Assembly (NCBI GenBank): GCA_964543575.1
Contig: CAZIYV010000001.1
Coordinates: 1,408-65,407 of the forward strand
Origin: an uncultured Pelotomaculum sp.
GTDB taxonomy: Bacteria > Bacillota > Desulfotomaculia > Desulfotomaculales > Pelotomaculaceae
Reading direction: 5' to 3'
DNA length: 64,000 nt
Each line of letters opens with the position of its first letter. Position 1 is the first letter of the stretch. A program made the translations under genes and the position numbers. Below the pieces are notes generated by a model, which was not told the origin of the DNA, did no database searches, and saw only the letters and a list, made by a program, of their open reading frames with translations. Positions 37,572 through 47,568 of the stretch are shown piece by piece.

Positions 37572-38129
37572 GTGTTACTTTTAGCTCATATGGGAATTAC
37601 GCTTGCGGTAACCAGGAATCTGGAAAAAGCGATGGTAGGCCGGGGGATGCGGAAAATTCAAAATTTGATAGACTACAGGCTTGTCTTGGTAGGATCTATG
37701 CTGCCGGATATTATTGATAAACCGCTGGGTGGTTTTGTTTTAAGGGAAACGCTTGGAAATGGGCGTATTTATAGCCATACTCTTCTGTTTCTGATTTTTC
37801 TTTTTGGTATAGGAATGTTCTTCTGGTATAAATTTAATTATTCATCTTTCCTGGTGCTTGCTGGCGGCAGTTTTTTTCACCATATATTGGACGGCATGTG
37901 GCTTTTCCGTGGAACTTTCCTGTGGCCGGCGCATGGCTGGGGTTTCCCGGAGGGAACTTCAGAAAATTGGTTATCGCACTGGATGCAAAGCCTCTTAACT
38001 GACCCATATGTTTATGTGCCGGAGATAATCGGAGGAATAGTCATCATATTTTTTGCACTGGAATTAGCTTTACAGAAGAAGCTGCTTGAATTTTTTATTA
38101 CAGGGAAATTTGGTAGGGGTTTGTCATAA
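37572..38129 (+). CDS. Membrane-bound metal-dependent hydrolase (YdjM/DUF457-like)
   Basis: AHMG, LPDIIDKP, SHTLLF and HHILD motifs. Confidence 0.82.
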   Translation: MLLLAHMGITLAVTRNLEKAMVGRGMRKIQNLIDYRLVLVGSMLPDIIDKPLGGFVLRETLGNGRIYSHTLLFLIFLFGIGMFFWYKFNYSSFLVLAGGSFFHHILDGMWLFRGTFLWPAHGWGFPEGTSENWLSHWMQSLLTDPYVYVPEIIGGIVIIFFALELALQKKLLEFFITGKFGRGLS

Positions 38130-38260
38130 AAAAAGGTTAAGATTAGAATTAAAGAACCGGTCCAGGAAATAGAAAAGTGTGGTACAAGCTTTAATGGACA
38201 AGGGGTCCGATGTTGTGCTTTGATCAGAACAGTTGAGATGGCTTTAGTAAAATAATAAAA

Positions 38261-38285
38261 ACCAACTGGAAGCCTGCCAGTTGGT
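38261..38285 (-). terminator. Terminator between convergent genes
   Basis: ACCAACTGG-aagcctg-CCAGTTGGT with an upstream A-run. Confidence 0.7.
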
Positions 38286-38312
38286 CATATCACACAGAAT
38301 TTTATTCATGTA

Positions 38313-38552
38313 TCACTTGGGTTGTCTTCTTATATAACCCTTATCAAACAATGCTATTAGCAGCCACGTTACGCTGGTTGTAATAGCTGCATAAAAGGCG
38401 TATTTCCCATAATAATAAATGACCCATGCGCCTGCATTTTGTAGTGTTGGCAATTGTTGATAGAGTCGCAATGCCGCCTGAAAGAAAAGCATGAAAATTA
38501 CCGATAAAACTAGTACCGCAACTACTATAATGGCTTGTCGAATTGCTAACAT
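38313..38552 (-). CDS. Small two-TM membrane protein
   Basis: ATG 38552 with AAGGGGGG SD; two hydrophobic segments. Confidence 0.6.
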   Translation of the reverse strand: MLAIRQAIIVVAVLVLSVIFMLFFQAALRLYQQLPTLQNAGAWVIYYYGKYAFYAAITTSVTWLLIALFDKGYIRRQPK

Positions 38553-38829
38553 TGCCCTGCCCCCCTTTTTGACTGGCAATAATACCAGTTAATGGTTCCT
38601 GCTCTATATTATGCATAGCCCGTTAAATTGACACTTACGGTGTTATGTCCAGTCATAAGATACTCTCCATATTTTTACAGCTTGGGTACTTCTTCATCAA
38701 CTTCTCCATATCAGTATCGTATAACCTACCGCCGCTTCTGACTAAAATAATAGTTGTGAATAGTAGTAATTCGAACCTTATCTGCTTCCCTTATTCTACT
38801 GGTGTGGGAAGGAGCATACCCTATCCCGG

Positions 38830-39888
38830 TCAACTTGTAATCGCGGTATAAGCGTCAACAAGACCCGCTCCCTGTAAATCCGGTGCAAAGTTCATATCCT
38901 GTGATGTTTCTTTCAGGTGGTTAAGAAGAAGATCCGGGCTCATTATACCTTTAGTTGCCAATACCAATGCGGCGGCACCCGCGACATGGGGAGCGGCCAT
39001 GGAAGTACCGCTAAGTTTCCGGTATGACTTGTTCCGGTATGTTGAGTAGATATTCACTCCCGGGGCGACAAGGTCCACTTCAGGACCGCGGCTGCTAAAA
39101 AAAGCAATCTGATCAAACTGACTTGAAGCTGCTACCGCGGCAACTTCCGGATATTTGGCGGGGTAAGCGATAGTATTATCTTTGGGCCCGCTGTTTCCGG
39201 CTGCGGCGACGATGAATATGCCAGCGTTGTACGCATGTATTATGGCTTCGTGAAACAGATCTTCTTCTTCGGCTGTTCCTAAACTCATATTTATGACCTG
39301 GATATTATTACTGATACACCAATCCAGTCCTTCAATTATATCGGAAAGATTACCCGAACCATCGGCGCCCAGAACTTTTACCGAGTAAACCATGGCATCG
39401 TGGGCAACTCCTATGACACCCACCCTGTTGTTCAAGGCTGCAATTGTGCCGGCCACATGAGTTCCGTGACCGTTATCATCTTTGTAGCTTTTCTCTTTGT
39501 TGATAGTGTTAATCCCGCCGTTAACTTTTAAGTCCGGATGACTGGTGTCTATACCCGTGTCGATAACCGCGACCTTCACCTGGTTACCGGTACTTTCAAC
39601 CCATACTTTTTCAGCGTCAATCCGGTCAACTCCCCACGGCAGCACCTGAAGTGGCATTGATGCCTCTGCAAGAGTTTCCAGGGCGTAAACTTTAATATCA
39701 TCAATGACTTTATTTACCCTTGTATGTCTAATTAATTCCGCATTTGTTAATGAAGGATCACAAAATACTGCCGCCGCCTTAACTAAAGGCAGATATTTAA
39801 TAACTTTGCCACCTATAGACGTCATTAAACTTTGTTCAATTTCAGCGCGCTCCATTTCTGCCTGAAAAACGAAAATCTTTCTGTTCAT
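38830..39888 (-). CDS. Subtilisin-like S8 serine protease without signal peptide
   Basis: VAVIDTG, HGTHVAG, AAGN and GTSMAAPHVAG motifs; N-terminal propeptide; GAGGAG SD before ATG 39888. Confidence 0.93.
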   Translation of the reverse strand: MNRKIFVFQAEMERAEIEQSLMTSIGGKVIKYLPLVKAAAVFCDPSLTNAELIRHTRVNKVIDDIKVYALETLAEASMPLQVLPWGVDRIDAEKVWVESTGNQVKVAVIDTGIDTSHPDLKVNGGINTINKEKSYKDDNGHGTHVAGTIAALNNRVGVIGVAHDAMVYSVKVLGADGSGNLSDIIEGLDWCISNNIQVINMSLGTAEEEDLFHEAIIHAYNAGIFIVAAAGNSGPKDNTIAYPAKYPEVAAVAASSQFDQIAFFSSRGPEVDLVAPGVNIYSTYRNKSYRKLSGTSMAAPHVAGAAALVLATKGIMSPDLLLNHLKETSQDMNFAPDLQGAGLVDAYTAITS

Positions 39889-40458
39889 GTCATTCTCCTC
39901 TTTATTTTTCAATACAGCAGCAAACTGCTTAATCTATTATATGGAAAATTATCCTTCTTGCTACGCTGTATTTATTCTCTTAAAAAAGCTGCCAGGCAGC
40001 ATTTTAATTGATTAATGGGGATGGTTGTGATTTGCCAGAGGGATGAGTGTAAAATGTGATGCGTAAGTAGTAACTAATCATCCCATTCATGACTCATAAT
40101 AAAGAATGCAGTGCTACATTATTGTATAAAATACGGGTAAAATAATAATTGACAATTAATTATGATAATGATAAAATCCTTTCAAAACTCAATATACTAG
40201 CAATGGCGCTCGTAAAACGTATTGTGGTTTTTGCTTGACTTGGGCGTCATTTTGTATGTATGCGATGTCCATAGAATGACAATGCAGCATGGCATATGCA
40301 TGATGACGTTTGGCATTATCGTTAAAAGGGCAAGCCGACTGCATTATCTTTTTATGAGACTACATATTTAATGCATATTTACATCATCTATTAATTGACT
40401 GGCTGACAAAAGGAATAGTTTTCGCAAAGAATTATTTTGTAAATTCCGGAGGTAAACG

Positions 40459-42195
40459 ATGCTGAATGCTTTTTACGGAAAACTTTTAAGAGTGGACCTT
40501 ACCGGCAAAACATACAGGGAAGAAAGTATTCCTCAGGAAACATTGAAACGCTATCTTGGCGGTAAGGGTTTGGGTACATATTTGCTTTTGAACAATGTGC
40601 CACAAGGCGCCGATCCTCTGGGCGCGGAAAACAAGATTATCTTCACCGTGGGTCCCGCCACAGGCACAGTTATGCCCGGGTCAAGCCGCCACGGCTTATA
40701 CAGCAAATCCCCTCAGACCGGAGGCTACGCTGAATCTTACGCGGGCGGCAAGGTTGCGCCGCAAATAAAAGCCACCGGTTATGACGCCATTATTTTAGAA
40801 GGCAGGTCAGAAAAACCAGCCTTTTTAGAGGTTTCAGACAAAGGAGTCAGATTTCATCAGGCAGATGACCTGTGGGGTATGGAAACTTACATAACTGAGG
40901 ATAAAGTAAAAGAAAGAGTGGGAATATTAAGTGCCCAGGCTGTGGTAATAGGCCCTGCCGGTGAAAACCTGGTCCGTTTGGCCTGTGTGGAAAACAATTA
41001 CTGGCGTTCATCTGGCCGTGGTGGATTAGGGGCGGTTTTTGGCAGCAAAAACTTAAAAGCTGTTGTGTTTCACGGCTCCCAAAAGCCTTCTTACGCGGAT
41101 GAAAAAATGCTGAAAGGCTTTGTGAAAAATCTAATTGCCAATTCAAAAGATTTGCCAGGGGTTAAAAACTACAAAAAATACGGCACACCTCAGATGGTGG
41201 CTCTCTTAAACAGCGCCAAAGCCTTCCCAACCCGTTACTGGTCCAAGGGTGTTCTTGAAGGCTGGGAGAAAATCAGCGGTGAAGCTTTGATTAATAACTT
41301 TCAGGTCAAACCAAAGACCTGTCCAGGCTGTTTTATGGCCTGCGGCGACCTGACTACTGTAACGTCAGGGCCACGCGCGGGACTGACCATAGAGGGGCCT
41401 GAATATGAGACTATTTACGCCTTTGGAGGGCTGTGCTGTATTGATCGCATGGAAGATATCATCTACTTTAATGACCTCTGCGACCGTTATGGTATAGATA
41501 CAATTTCAGCCGGCAACCTGGTGGCACTGGCCATGGAAGCGCGTACCAGAGGAATAAACAGGGATTTCCCTGATTACGGGGATACCGAAGGAGCAGCCAA
41601 GCTGTTAGAGGATATTGCTTACAGGAGAGGGCCTGGGGCGGTACTGTCAGACGGAATTGTACAGGCTGCCAGAGCTTTAAACCTTGAGGACACAGCCATA
41701 CACGTAAAAGGCATGGAACCACCGGGATACGATCCCCGTGTTTTGAAGGGTGTCGGCCTGGGTTACGCTACTTCCGCCCGCGGCGCCTGTCACTTGCGGG
41801 CCACTTTTTATAAACCGGAATTGTCAGGGATGATTTCTCCATCAGCGGTTGAGGGTAAAGCTGCGCTTTACATAGAATTCGAAGACCGGCTGACTATCTT
41901 CAACACATTGATTAATTGTACTTTTTACAGGGACCTGCTTCAGTGGGATGAACTGCAGACCATTGTCAAAGCCCTGACCGGGTGGGACTATTCTGTGGAA
42001 GAAATGCGCCGTATGGCCAACGAGATCGTTACCATGTCACATGATTTTAACCTGCGGGAAGGGCTGGGCAGAGCAAGCGATAACCTGCCCAAGCGGTTTT
42101 ACCAGCAAAAATTGCCTGAAACCGGAGCTTCTATTACCAGGGAAGAAATGGATTACATGCTGGGTGACTATTATTCAATTCGGGGCTGGTCATAG
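40459..42195 (+). CDS. aor: Aldehyde:ferredoxin oxidoreductase (tungstopterin family)
   Basis: YLGGKG, KSPQTG, GPAGEN, GRGGLGAV.GSKNLKA, CPGCFMAC, EYET and RGACH motifs. Confidence 0.93.
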   Translation: MLNAFYGKLLRVDLTGKTYREESIPQETLKRYLGGKGLGTYLLLNNVPQGADPLGAENKIIFTVGPATGTVMPGSSRHGLYSKSPQTGGYAESYAGGKVAPQIKATGYDAIILEGRSEKPAFLEVSDKGVRFHQADDLWGMETYITEDKVKERVGILSAQAVVIGPAGENLVRLACVENNYWRSSGRGGLGAVFGSKNLKAVVFHGSQKPSYADEKMLKGFVKNLIANSKDLPGVKNYKKYGTPQMVALLNSAKAFPTRYWSKGVLEGWEKISGEALINNFQVKPKTCPGCFMACGDLTTVTSGPRAGLTIEGPEYETIYAFGGLCCIDRMEDIIYFNDLCDRYGIDTISAGNLVALAMEARTRGINRDFPDYGDTEGAAKLLEDIAYRRGPGAVLSDGIVQAARALNLEDTAIHVKGMEPPGYDPRVLKGVGLGYATSARGACHLRATFYKPELSGMISPSAVEGKAALYIEFEDRLTIFNTLINCTFYRDLLQWDELQTIVKALTGWDYSVEEMRRMANEIVTMSHDFNLREGLGRASDNLPKRFYQQKLPETGASITREEMDYMLGDYYSIRGWS

Positions 42196-42374
42196 ACAGG
42201 AGAATTTTAAGTTTCATCAACTGATGGAAATTAGGACATAATCAAGAAAAGCATTAATCAAAAAAAGCATTTAATCAGGAGAGGAGCTGGGAGCAAGCGG
42301 GCTTTTTTCTGGAGAAAAACCAGAATAATGCAAAAGTTTATTTATATTAACAGACAGGAGGTTTAATAAAAAGC

Positions 42375-43361
42375 ATGGATCAAAAAAATTATGATGTCAT
42401 TTTGGACAAACTACCCGAAGCTGAATCAAGGCCGGAGGTCTTGTTCCGGCAGGCGGGTGACGGATTTTTACAAGTGGAATACGGCGCCGTACCGCGCTTT
42501 AACCTGGTTGACTCTTTCCGGGTGTTAACTGTCAACGGAGCGGTGAAGGCAAAAAACATTAAGGGACTTTATGAGACTGTGCCTGGGATTAGAACAAATA
42601 TGTTTCACTTTGACCCCGAAGTACTTCCTGTTAAAAAACTGATAGATGAGATTGAGGAAGAAGAAAACAAGTTAGAAAACGTTGAAGACATAGTATTTGA
42701 ATCACGCCTGATTTCCCTGCCAATAGCTTTTGAAGATTCCGAGACTAAAAAAGCGGTCGCAAAATATGTTAAAGAGGTAAGGCCGGGCGCTCCTAACGTT
42801 ATTGACGATTACAACATTGAGTATATGGCCATGTGCAACGGTTGTTCAGTGCAGGAAATTAAAGATATGGTTTGTGCGACAGAATGGTACAACAGCGGCA
42901 ACGGCTTCTGGCCAGGCGGCGGTTTCTTCTGGCCGCTGGATCCCAGCAACGCTATAGTTGTTCCCAAATACAACCCGCCCAGGACCTGGACCCCCGAGGG
43001 AACGGTTGGCATCGGCGGACCCTGCCTGTATGTGTATCCCACTCCCACCGGCGGCGGCTACCAGCTTTTTGGCCGGACCATTCCTATCTTCCAGTTTGCC
43101 CAGAAGCACCCTCTCTTCAAAGATGGCCCGACTTTCTTCAAGGCCGGTGACAGGTTGAAATTCCACGAGGTCACCGAGGATGAAATCCTTTACATTTATA
43201 AGCATGTCCACGAGGATACCGACTACGTATATGATATCAAAAATGATATGTTTAAGGTAAAAGACTGGCTTGAGTTTTACAATTCGCCTAAAACCCAAAA
43301 AGGGGTTAAAGAGCTTCTGGCCAGGCAGGAGGCCGGTACAAAAGCCGCGCCGAGCGTTTAG
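42375..43361 (+). CDS. Carboxyltransferase C/D domain protein (urea carboxylase/PxpB-like)
   Basis: FRQAGD..LQVEYG, KYNPPRTWTPEGTVGIGG and GGYQLFGRT motifs. Confidence 0.87.
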   Translation: MDQKNYDVILDKLPEAESRPEVLFRQAGDGFLQVEYGAVPRFNLVDSFRVLTVNGAVKAKNIKGLYETVPGIRTNMFHFDPEVLPVKKLIDEIEEEENKLENVEDIVFESRLISLPIAFEDSETKKAVAKYVKEVRPGAPNVIDDYNIEYMAMCNGCSVQEIKDMVCATEWYNSGNGFWPGGGFFWPLDPSNAIVVPKYNPPRTWTPEGTVGIGGPCLYVYPTPTGGGYQLFGRTIPIFQFAQKHPLFKDGPTFFKAGDRLKFHEVTEDEILYIYKHVHEDTDYVYDIKNDMFKVKDWLEFYNSPKTQKGVKELLARQEAGTKAAPSV

Positions 43362-43390
43362 TCCAATATTAACATAAGGAGGGAAAATGC

Positions 43391-44374
43391 ATGCTGAAAA
43401 TAATCAACGGAGGAATTGAAACTGTCGTTGAGGACTGGCCGGGCAGGATAGGCTACCTGGATAACGGAATGTCCTCTTCCGGCGCCTTTGATAATGTTGC
43501 CCTGGGTCTTGCCAATGTTCTGGTGGGCAACCAACCCGGTGAAGCAGGTATAGAGATTGCGGGCGGGTATTTCCAGGCTGAATTTGAAGCAGATGCTGTT
43601 ATCGGTATCACAGGCACTGATATGAAGCCCACCTTGAATAATGAGCCTATTCCCCTTTGGGAGTCAATCAAGGTTAACAAGGGTGATGTTATAAAATTTT
43701 CTCACTTTGCTGAGTTTGGCTTCAGAACATATATCGGCGTGGCGGGTGGCATAGATGTTCCGCCGGTGCTGGGGAGCAAGTCAACCTGCTTGTTTGGGAG
43801 TTACGGCGGTTATGAAGGCAGAAAGCTGCAAAAAGACGATGTTTTAAAATTTGGCAAGCCTGCAAAGGACTTAGACAGCCTCAAGGGGAGAAAAATTAAA
43901 GAGGAAGCCATCCCGAAGTATTCCAGGGAGTGGGTTTTAAGGGCCATGCCCGGTCCCAATACGTCCCCGGACTACCTGACCAAAGAAGGAATGGACTACT
44001 TATTTGCTAATTCACACAAGGTAACGCTCAACTCCAACCGCTCCGCGGTAAGGCTCGCCGAGGCCAGTGAACTATCGTTTGCCAGGCCCGACGGTGGAGC
44101 GGCAGGCAGCCACCCGTCAAACGTTCTCGACCACGCCTACGCTATTCGCGGCTCGTTAAATATCTGCGGCAACACACCGATCCTTCTTATCGCCGACGGG
44201 CCGACTCTGGGCGGCTATATGAACGCAATACACGTAATTAACGCTGATTTGTGGAAAATTGGCCAGGGCACACCCGGCAGGGATTTCATTAAATTCGAGT
44301 ACTGCACTCAGGAAGAAGCTGTAGAGGCACGCAAACAACAGAGGGAATGGCTGAGTGAAAAGTCTTTAGCTTAA
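43391..44374 (+). CDS. Carboxyltransferase A/B domain protein (PxpC-like)
   Basis: VEDWPGR.GY, SGAFD..ALGLAN.LVGN, GSKST, NSNR and DGPTLGGY motifs. Confidence 0.87.
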   Translation: MLKIINGGIETVVEDWPGRIGYLDNGMSSSGAFDNVALGLANVLVGNQPGEAGIEIAGGYFQAEFEADAVIGITGTDMKPTLNNEPIPLWESIKVNKGDVIKFSHFAEFGFRTYIGVAGGIDVPPVLGSKSTCLFGSYGGYEGRKLQKDDVLKFGKPAKDLDSLKGRKIKEEAIPKYSREWVLRAMPGPNTSPDYLTKEGMDYLFANSHKVTLNSNRSAVRLAEASELSFARPDGGAAGSHPSNVLDHAYAIRGSLNICGNTPILLIADGPTLGGYMNAIHVINADLWKIGQGTPGRDFIKFEYCTQEEAVEARKQQREWLSEKSLA

Positions 44375-44410
44375 AAACACCAGCTCAGGTGAAAAAGGGG
44401 TGATAATTTA

Positions 44411-45160
44411 ATGGACCTCAACGTTGATATGGGTGAAAGCTTTGGCAGGTACAAACTGGGTAATGATGAAGAGGTTATGAAATATATTACCTCGGCTAAT
44501 GTCGCCTGTGGTTTTCATGCCAGTGACCCTCTGGTGATGTTTGAGACAGTCCGGTTGGCCAGGAAGTACGGGGTTGCCGTCGGAGCGCATACCGGCCTGG
44601 AAGACAAAAGAGGTTTTGGCAGAAGGCGCATGGACATTACTCCGGAGGAGTTGAAAAGCGATACCCTCTACCAGTTGGGAGCGCTGGACGCGTTTTTAAA
44701 AATTAACGGCATGAAAATGCAGCATGTTAAACCGCATGGAATACTATACCGGATGGTCTCGGATGAAGAGAAATACGCCGAGGCTTACCTCGATGCCATT
44801 AAGCTGTTGGACCCCGAATTATTCATAATGATTCCCAGGGGAACCCTGATCTGGCAGCGTGGTACCAATATGGGCCTGAAAATGGCTGCCGAGATATTGA
44901 TCGATCTCAGCTACGACGACGATGGCAACTGGGTCCTGGAGCGTACCAAGAAAGCCCGCTCTCCGGAGGAAGTAACCCAGAGAGCAGTGCTGGTCGCGGT
45001 AGATAAAAAAATCAACACAATTAGCGGCAAGTTGATCGACGCCGAAGCGGATACAGTTTGCTGTCATGGCGATTCGCCCAACGCTGCTGAAGTGGTAAGA
45101 AAAATCAAAGAGGAATATGAGCGGCTTGGGATTCCGCTAAAAAGTCTTGTCAATAATTAG
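44411..45160 (+). CDS. pxpA: LamB/YcsF family protein (5-oxoprolinase subunit A-like)
   Basis: DLNVDMGESFG, ANVACGFHA, GAH, HVKPHG and CHGD motifs. Confidence 0.9.
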   Translation: MDLNVDMGESFGRYKLGNDEEVMKYITSANVACGFHASDPLVMFETVRLARKYGVAVGAHTGLEDKRGFGRRRMDITPEELKSDTLYQLGALDAFLKINGMKMQHVKPHGILYRMVSDEEKYAEAYLDAIKLLDPELFIMIPRGTLIWQRGTNMGLKMAAEILIDLSYDDDGNWVLERTKKARSPEEVTQRAVLVAVDKKINTISGKLIDAEADTVCCHGDSPNAAEVVRKIKEEYERLGIPLKSLVNN

Positions 45161-45189
45161 CAGGCTTTAGCAAAAAAGGAGGAACTGAA

Positions 45190-45408
45190 ATGGAAATTAC
45201 AGTAAAAGCGCACATGCCGGGTCTGGTTGCGCGTGTGGTTGTCAACGAAGGGGATAAAGTAACCGCCGGGCAGGAAGTCGCGGTTATTAACTGTATGAAA
45301 ACCGAGATTCAGGTTTTTGCTGAAAATGACGGCACAGTTAAAAGCATTCTGGTTAAAGAATGGGATGAGATGGAGATAGGCAGCCCCATGATAATTCTTG
45401 AAGCATAG
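45190..45408 (+). CDS. Biotin carboxyl carrier protein
   Basis: AHMPG, EGDKV.AGQ and NCMKTE (biotinyl-Lys) motifs. Confidence 0.85.
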   Translation: MEITVKAHMPGLVARVVVNEGDKVTAGQEVAVINCMKTEIQVFAENDGTVKSILVKEWDEMEIGSPMIILEA

Positions 45409-45431
45409 GGAAAACGAGGGAAGATGTAACA

Positions 45432-46814
45432 GTGATTAAGAAACTACTTATCGCCAACAGAGGAGAAATTGTAACCAGGGTAATGAAGGCCTGTCGGGAA
45501 ATGGGCATCAAGACGGTTGTTGTTTATTCCGACGCCGACAAAAATATGTTTTATCTGAAGCAGGCCGATGAGGCATACAACATCGGACCTGCCAACCCCA
45601 TTAAGAGCTACCTCAACATAGAATCAATCATCGACGCTTTAAAAAAATCGGGGGCTGACGCCGTCCATCCGGGATATGGCTTCCTGTCGGAAAACGCTTC
45701 ATTTGCTGAAGCGGTTTCCGCCTGCGGGGCAACCTGGGTGGGCCCGCCTACCAGCGTGCTGAATTCCATCGATTCCAAGTGCTTCTGCCGCTCCATCGCC
45801 ACGGATGCGGGAGTACCGGTTGTGCCAGGCACCATCAACATAATTAAGACCGTTGATGAGATTTACTGGTTTACCGCTGAACACGGATATCCGATCGTCT
45901 TAAAATTAGACAAAGGAGGTGGCGGGAAAGGCATCGAGCTGGTCAAGGAGGAAGGACAGGTCAAGGAAGCTTTCGAAAGAATTTCCAGAATCGGCATGTT
46001 AGCTTTTGGCCACCCCGAGTGCTACATTGAAAAAGAGATTATCAATCCCAGGCATATTGAAATCCAGTTTCTGGCTGACGGTTTGGGCGGCTGTATCTGT
46101 CTCGGTGAGAGAGAGTGTTCAATACAGAGGCGTTATCAAAAAATCATAGAAGAATCACCCTCTCCGGTGGTTTCCGGGGAAGACCGGAAAACACTCTTTG
46201 AACATACCCGCAAACTGGCCCTGGCCATGGGTTATCAGGGAGCAGGCACTATGGAGTATCTCAGGTCTGAAGACGGCAGCTATTATTTTATGGAAGTAAA
46301 CGCCAGGCTGCAGGTGGAACATCCGGTCACAGAGTTTCTGACAGGGATCGATATAGTGCAAAAACAGCTGACCATTGCTTCCGGCCAGGGATTGGAGATA
46401 GGGCAAGAGGATGTTGAGATGAAAGGCCATGCCATAGAAGCCAGGGTTTATGCCGAAGATCCCGTTTCATTCTGCCCTTCACCGGGTATCATTACGAAAC
46501 TCGATTTCCCCTTACTGGATGCCAAAACTCTACGGATCGATCACGCAATAGAGGAAGGCGGCACGGTTCCCCCTTACTACGATCCCCTGCTGGCTAAAGT
46601 CATAGCCTGGGGTCCAACACGCCTTGAGGCTATCGATCAGTTGAGAAACGGTTTAACAGATTTTAGAATCGAGGGCATAAAAACTACCATTCCCGTGAAC
46701 CTGTTGATTCTCAGCAGTGAAAGATTTGCCAAAGGAGACCTGAATACCGGCTTTATAGAGGCCCTCTTTACTAAAGCAAGAGGGGATGTAAAACCATTAT
46801 GGCCCAATATGTAG
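45432..46814 (+). CDS. Biotin carboxylase
   Basis: LIANRGE, HPGYGFLSEN, GGGGKG, ERECSIQRR and EVNARLQVEH motifs. Confidence 0.93.
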   Translation: MIKKLLIANRGEIVTRVMKACREMGIKTVVVYSDADKNMFYLKQADEAYNIGPANPIKSYLNIESIIDALKKSGADAVHPGYGFLSENASFAEAVSACGATWVGPPTSVLNSIDSKCFCRSIATDAGVPVVPGTINIIKTVDEIYWFTAEHGYPIVLKLDKGGGGKGIELVKEEGQVKEAFERISRIGMLAFGHPECYIEKEIINPRHIEIQFLADGLGGCICLGERECSIQRRYQKIIEESPSPVVSGEDRKTLFEHTRKLALAMGYQGAGTMEYLRSEDGSYYFMEVNARLQVEHPVTEFLTGIDIVQKQLTIASGQGLEIGQEDVEMKGHAIEARVYAEDPVSFCPSPGIITKLDFPLLDAKTLRIDHAIEEGGTVPPYYDPLLAKVIAWGPTRLEAIDQLRNGLTDFRIEGIKTTIPVNLLILSSERFAKGDLNTGFIEALFTKARGDVKPLWPNM

Positions 46815-46855
46815 CAATTGTCCGGTTAAATAATTAACTAAAGGAGGTTAGTTTT

Positions 46856-47437
46856 ATGTCTGAAAACAATGTTAAAATAGCAGACGCCGGTGCGGCTGGC
46901 TGGATTGCCTATGCTATAGCCACCTGGATGGCCTGGGCGCTTTTATGCGGGTATGTCAATAATAACGCTCTCATTTATATGGCTGCCATCTCTTTGGCCT
47001 GCACCATACCGTACCTGGGGGCGGCTATCACTCAGCTGAAGCTCGGTAACCTGGCCGGCGGTGTGACCTGGTTGTATTTTGGCTCGTTTTTCGCTTTTGC
47101 CTCAGCCTTTAATTATGCCATAGGTTATTTTGCTGTCATAAACAATTGGGCGCTGGATGCCCGTATCCTTGGTTTTGAGTGGCTTATACTGGGTATAGTC
47201 CTTATACTAACAACACCTATTTTTATGAAGTATGCGCCGTGGACAGCCGCTGTTTCAGTGATTGGCGCCGATGTGGGCATCATCTGCCTGGCCCTGGTCT
47301 ACTGGGGATTTCCTCTGGCCGCGATCAGCGGTTGGGGATTCTTTGTGGCAGGTTTGTTCGGCATTGTCATGGCTGCCGGGGGAATCCTTGAGGGCGCCGG
47401 GATGAAGTTTCCTATGGGCAAGCCAATGATTAAATAA
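46856..47437 (+). CDS. Six-TM small-solute channel (SatP/GPR1/FUN34 or AmiS/UreI-like)
   Basis: N-terminal IADAGAAG resembles SatP ANPAPLG; about six TM helices. Confidence 0.6.
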   Translation: MSENNVKIADAGAAGWIAYAIATWMAWALLCGYVNNNALIYMAAISLACTIPYLGAAITQLKLGNLAGGVTWLYFGSFFAFASAFNYAIGYFAVINNWALDARILGFEWLILGIVLILTTPIFMKYAPWTAAVSVIGADVGIICLALVYWGFPLAAISGWGFFVAGLFGIVMAAGGILEGAGMKFPMGKPMIK

Positions 47438-47458
47438 TAAGATTGACAAAAAAACATT

Positions 47459-47497
47459 AAAATGAGACCTTGCAAAAAAGGTGTGAGGTCTCATTTT
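47459..47497 (+). terminator. Terminator after the catabolic operon
   Basis: AAAATGAGACCT...AGGTCTCATTTT 12-bp inverted repeat. Confidence 0.75.
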
Positions 47498-47568
47498 GTC
47501 TAATAATAAGATATTGTATGACACATTTTTTAAAGCTATAAACAACCGAATTTAAGGAGCTGGGTTGC

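Noticed and set aside
38645-38851. 68-aa plus-strand ORF between the small membrane protein and the subtilisin
   Set aside because: It has no SD and no recognisable features, and it runs antisense into the protease 3' end.
40411-40426. Sigma-54 promoter for aor
   Set aside because: Only the GG-N10-GC spacing matches, and the adjacent activator lacks GAFTGA, so it is not called as a feature.
42196-42374. Guanidine riboswitch before the urea-carboxylase-like genes
   Set aside because: No ykkC-type or mini-ykkC (ACGR-loop) motif is recognisable; there is only a short AAAAGCATT(T)AATCA duplication.
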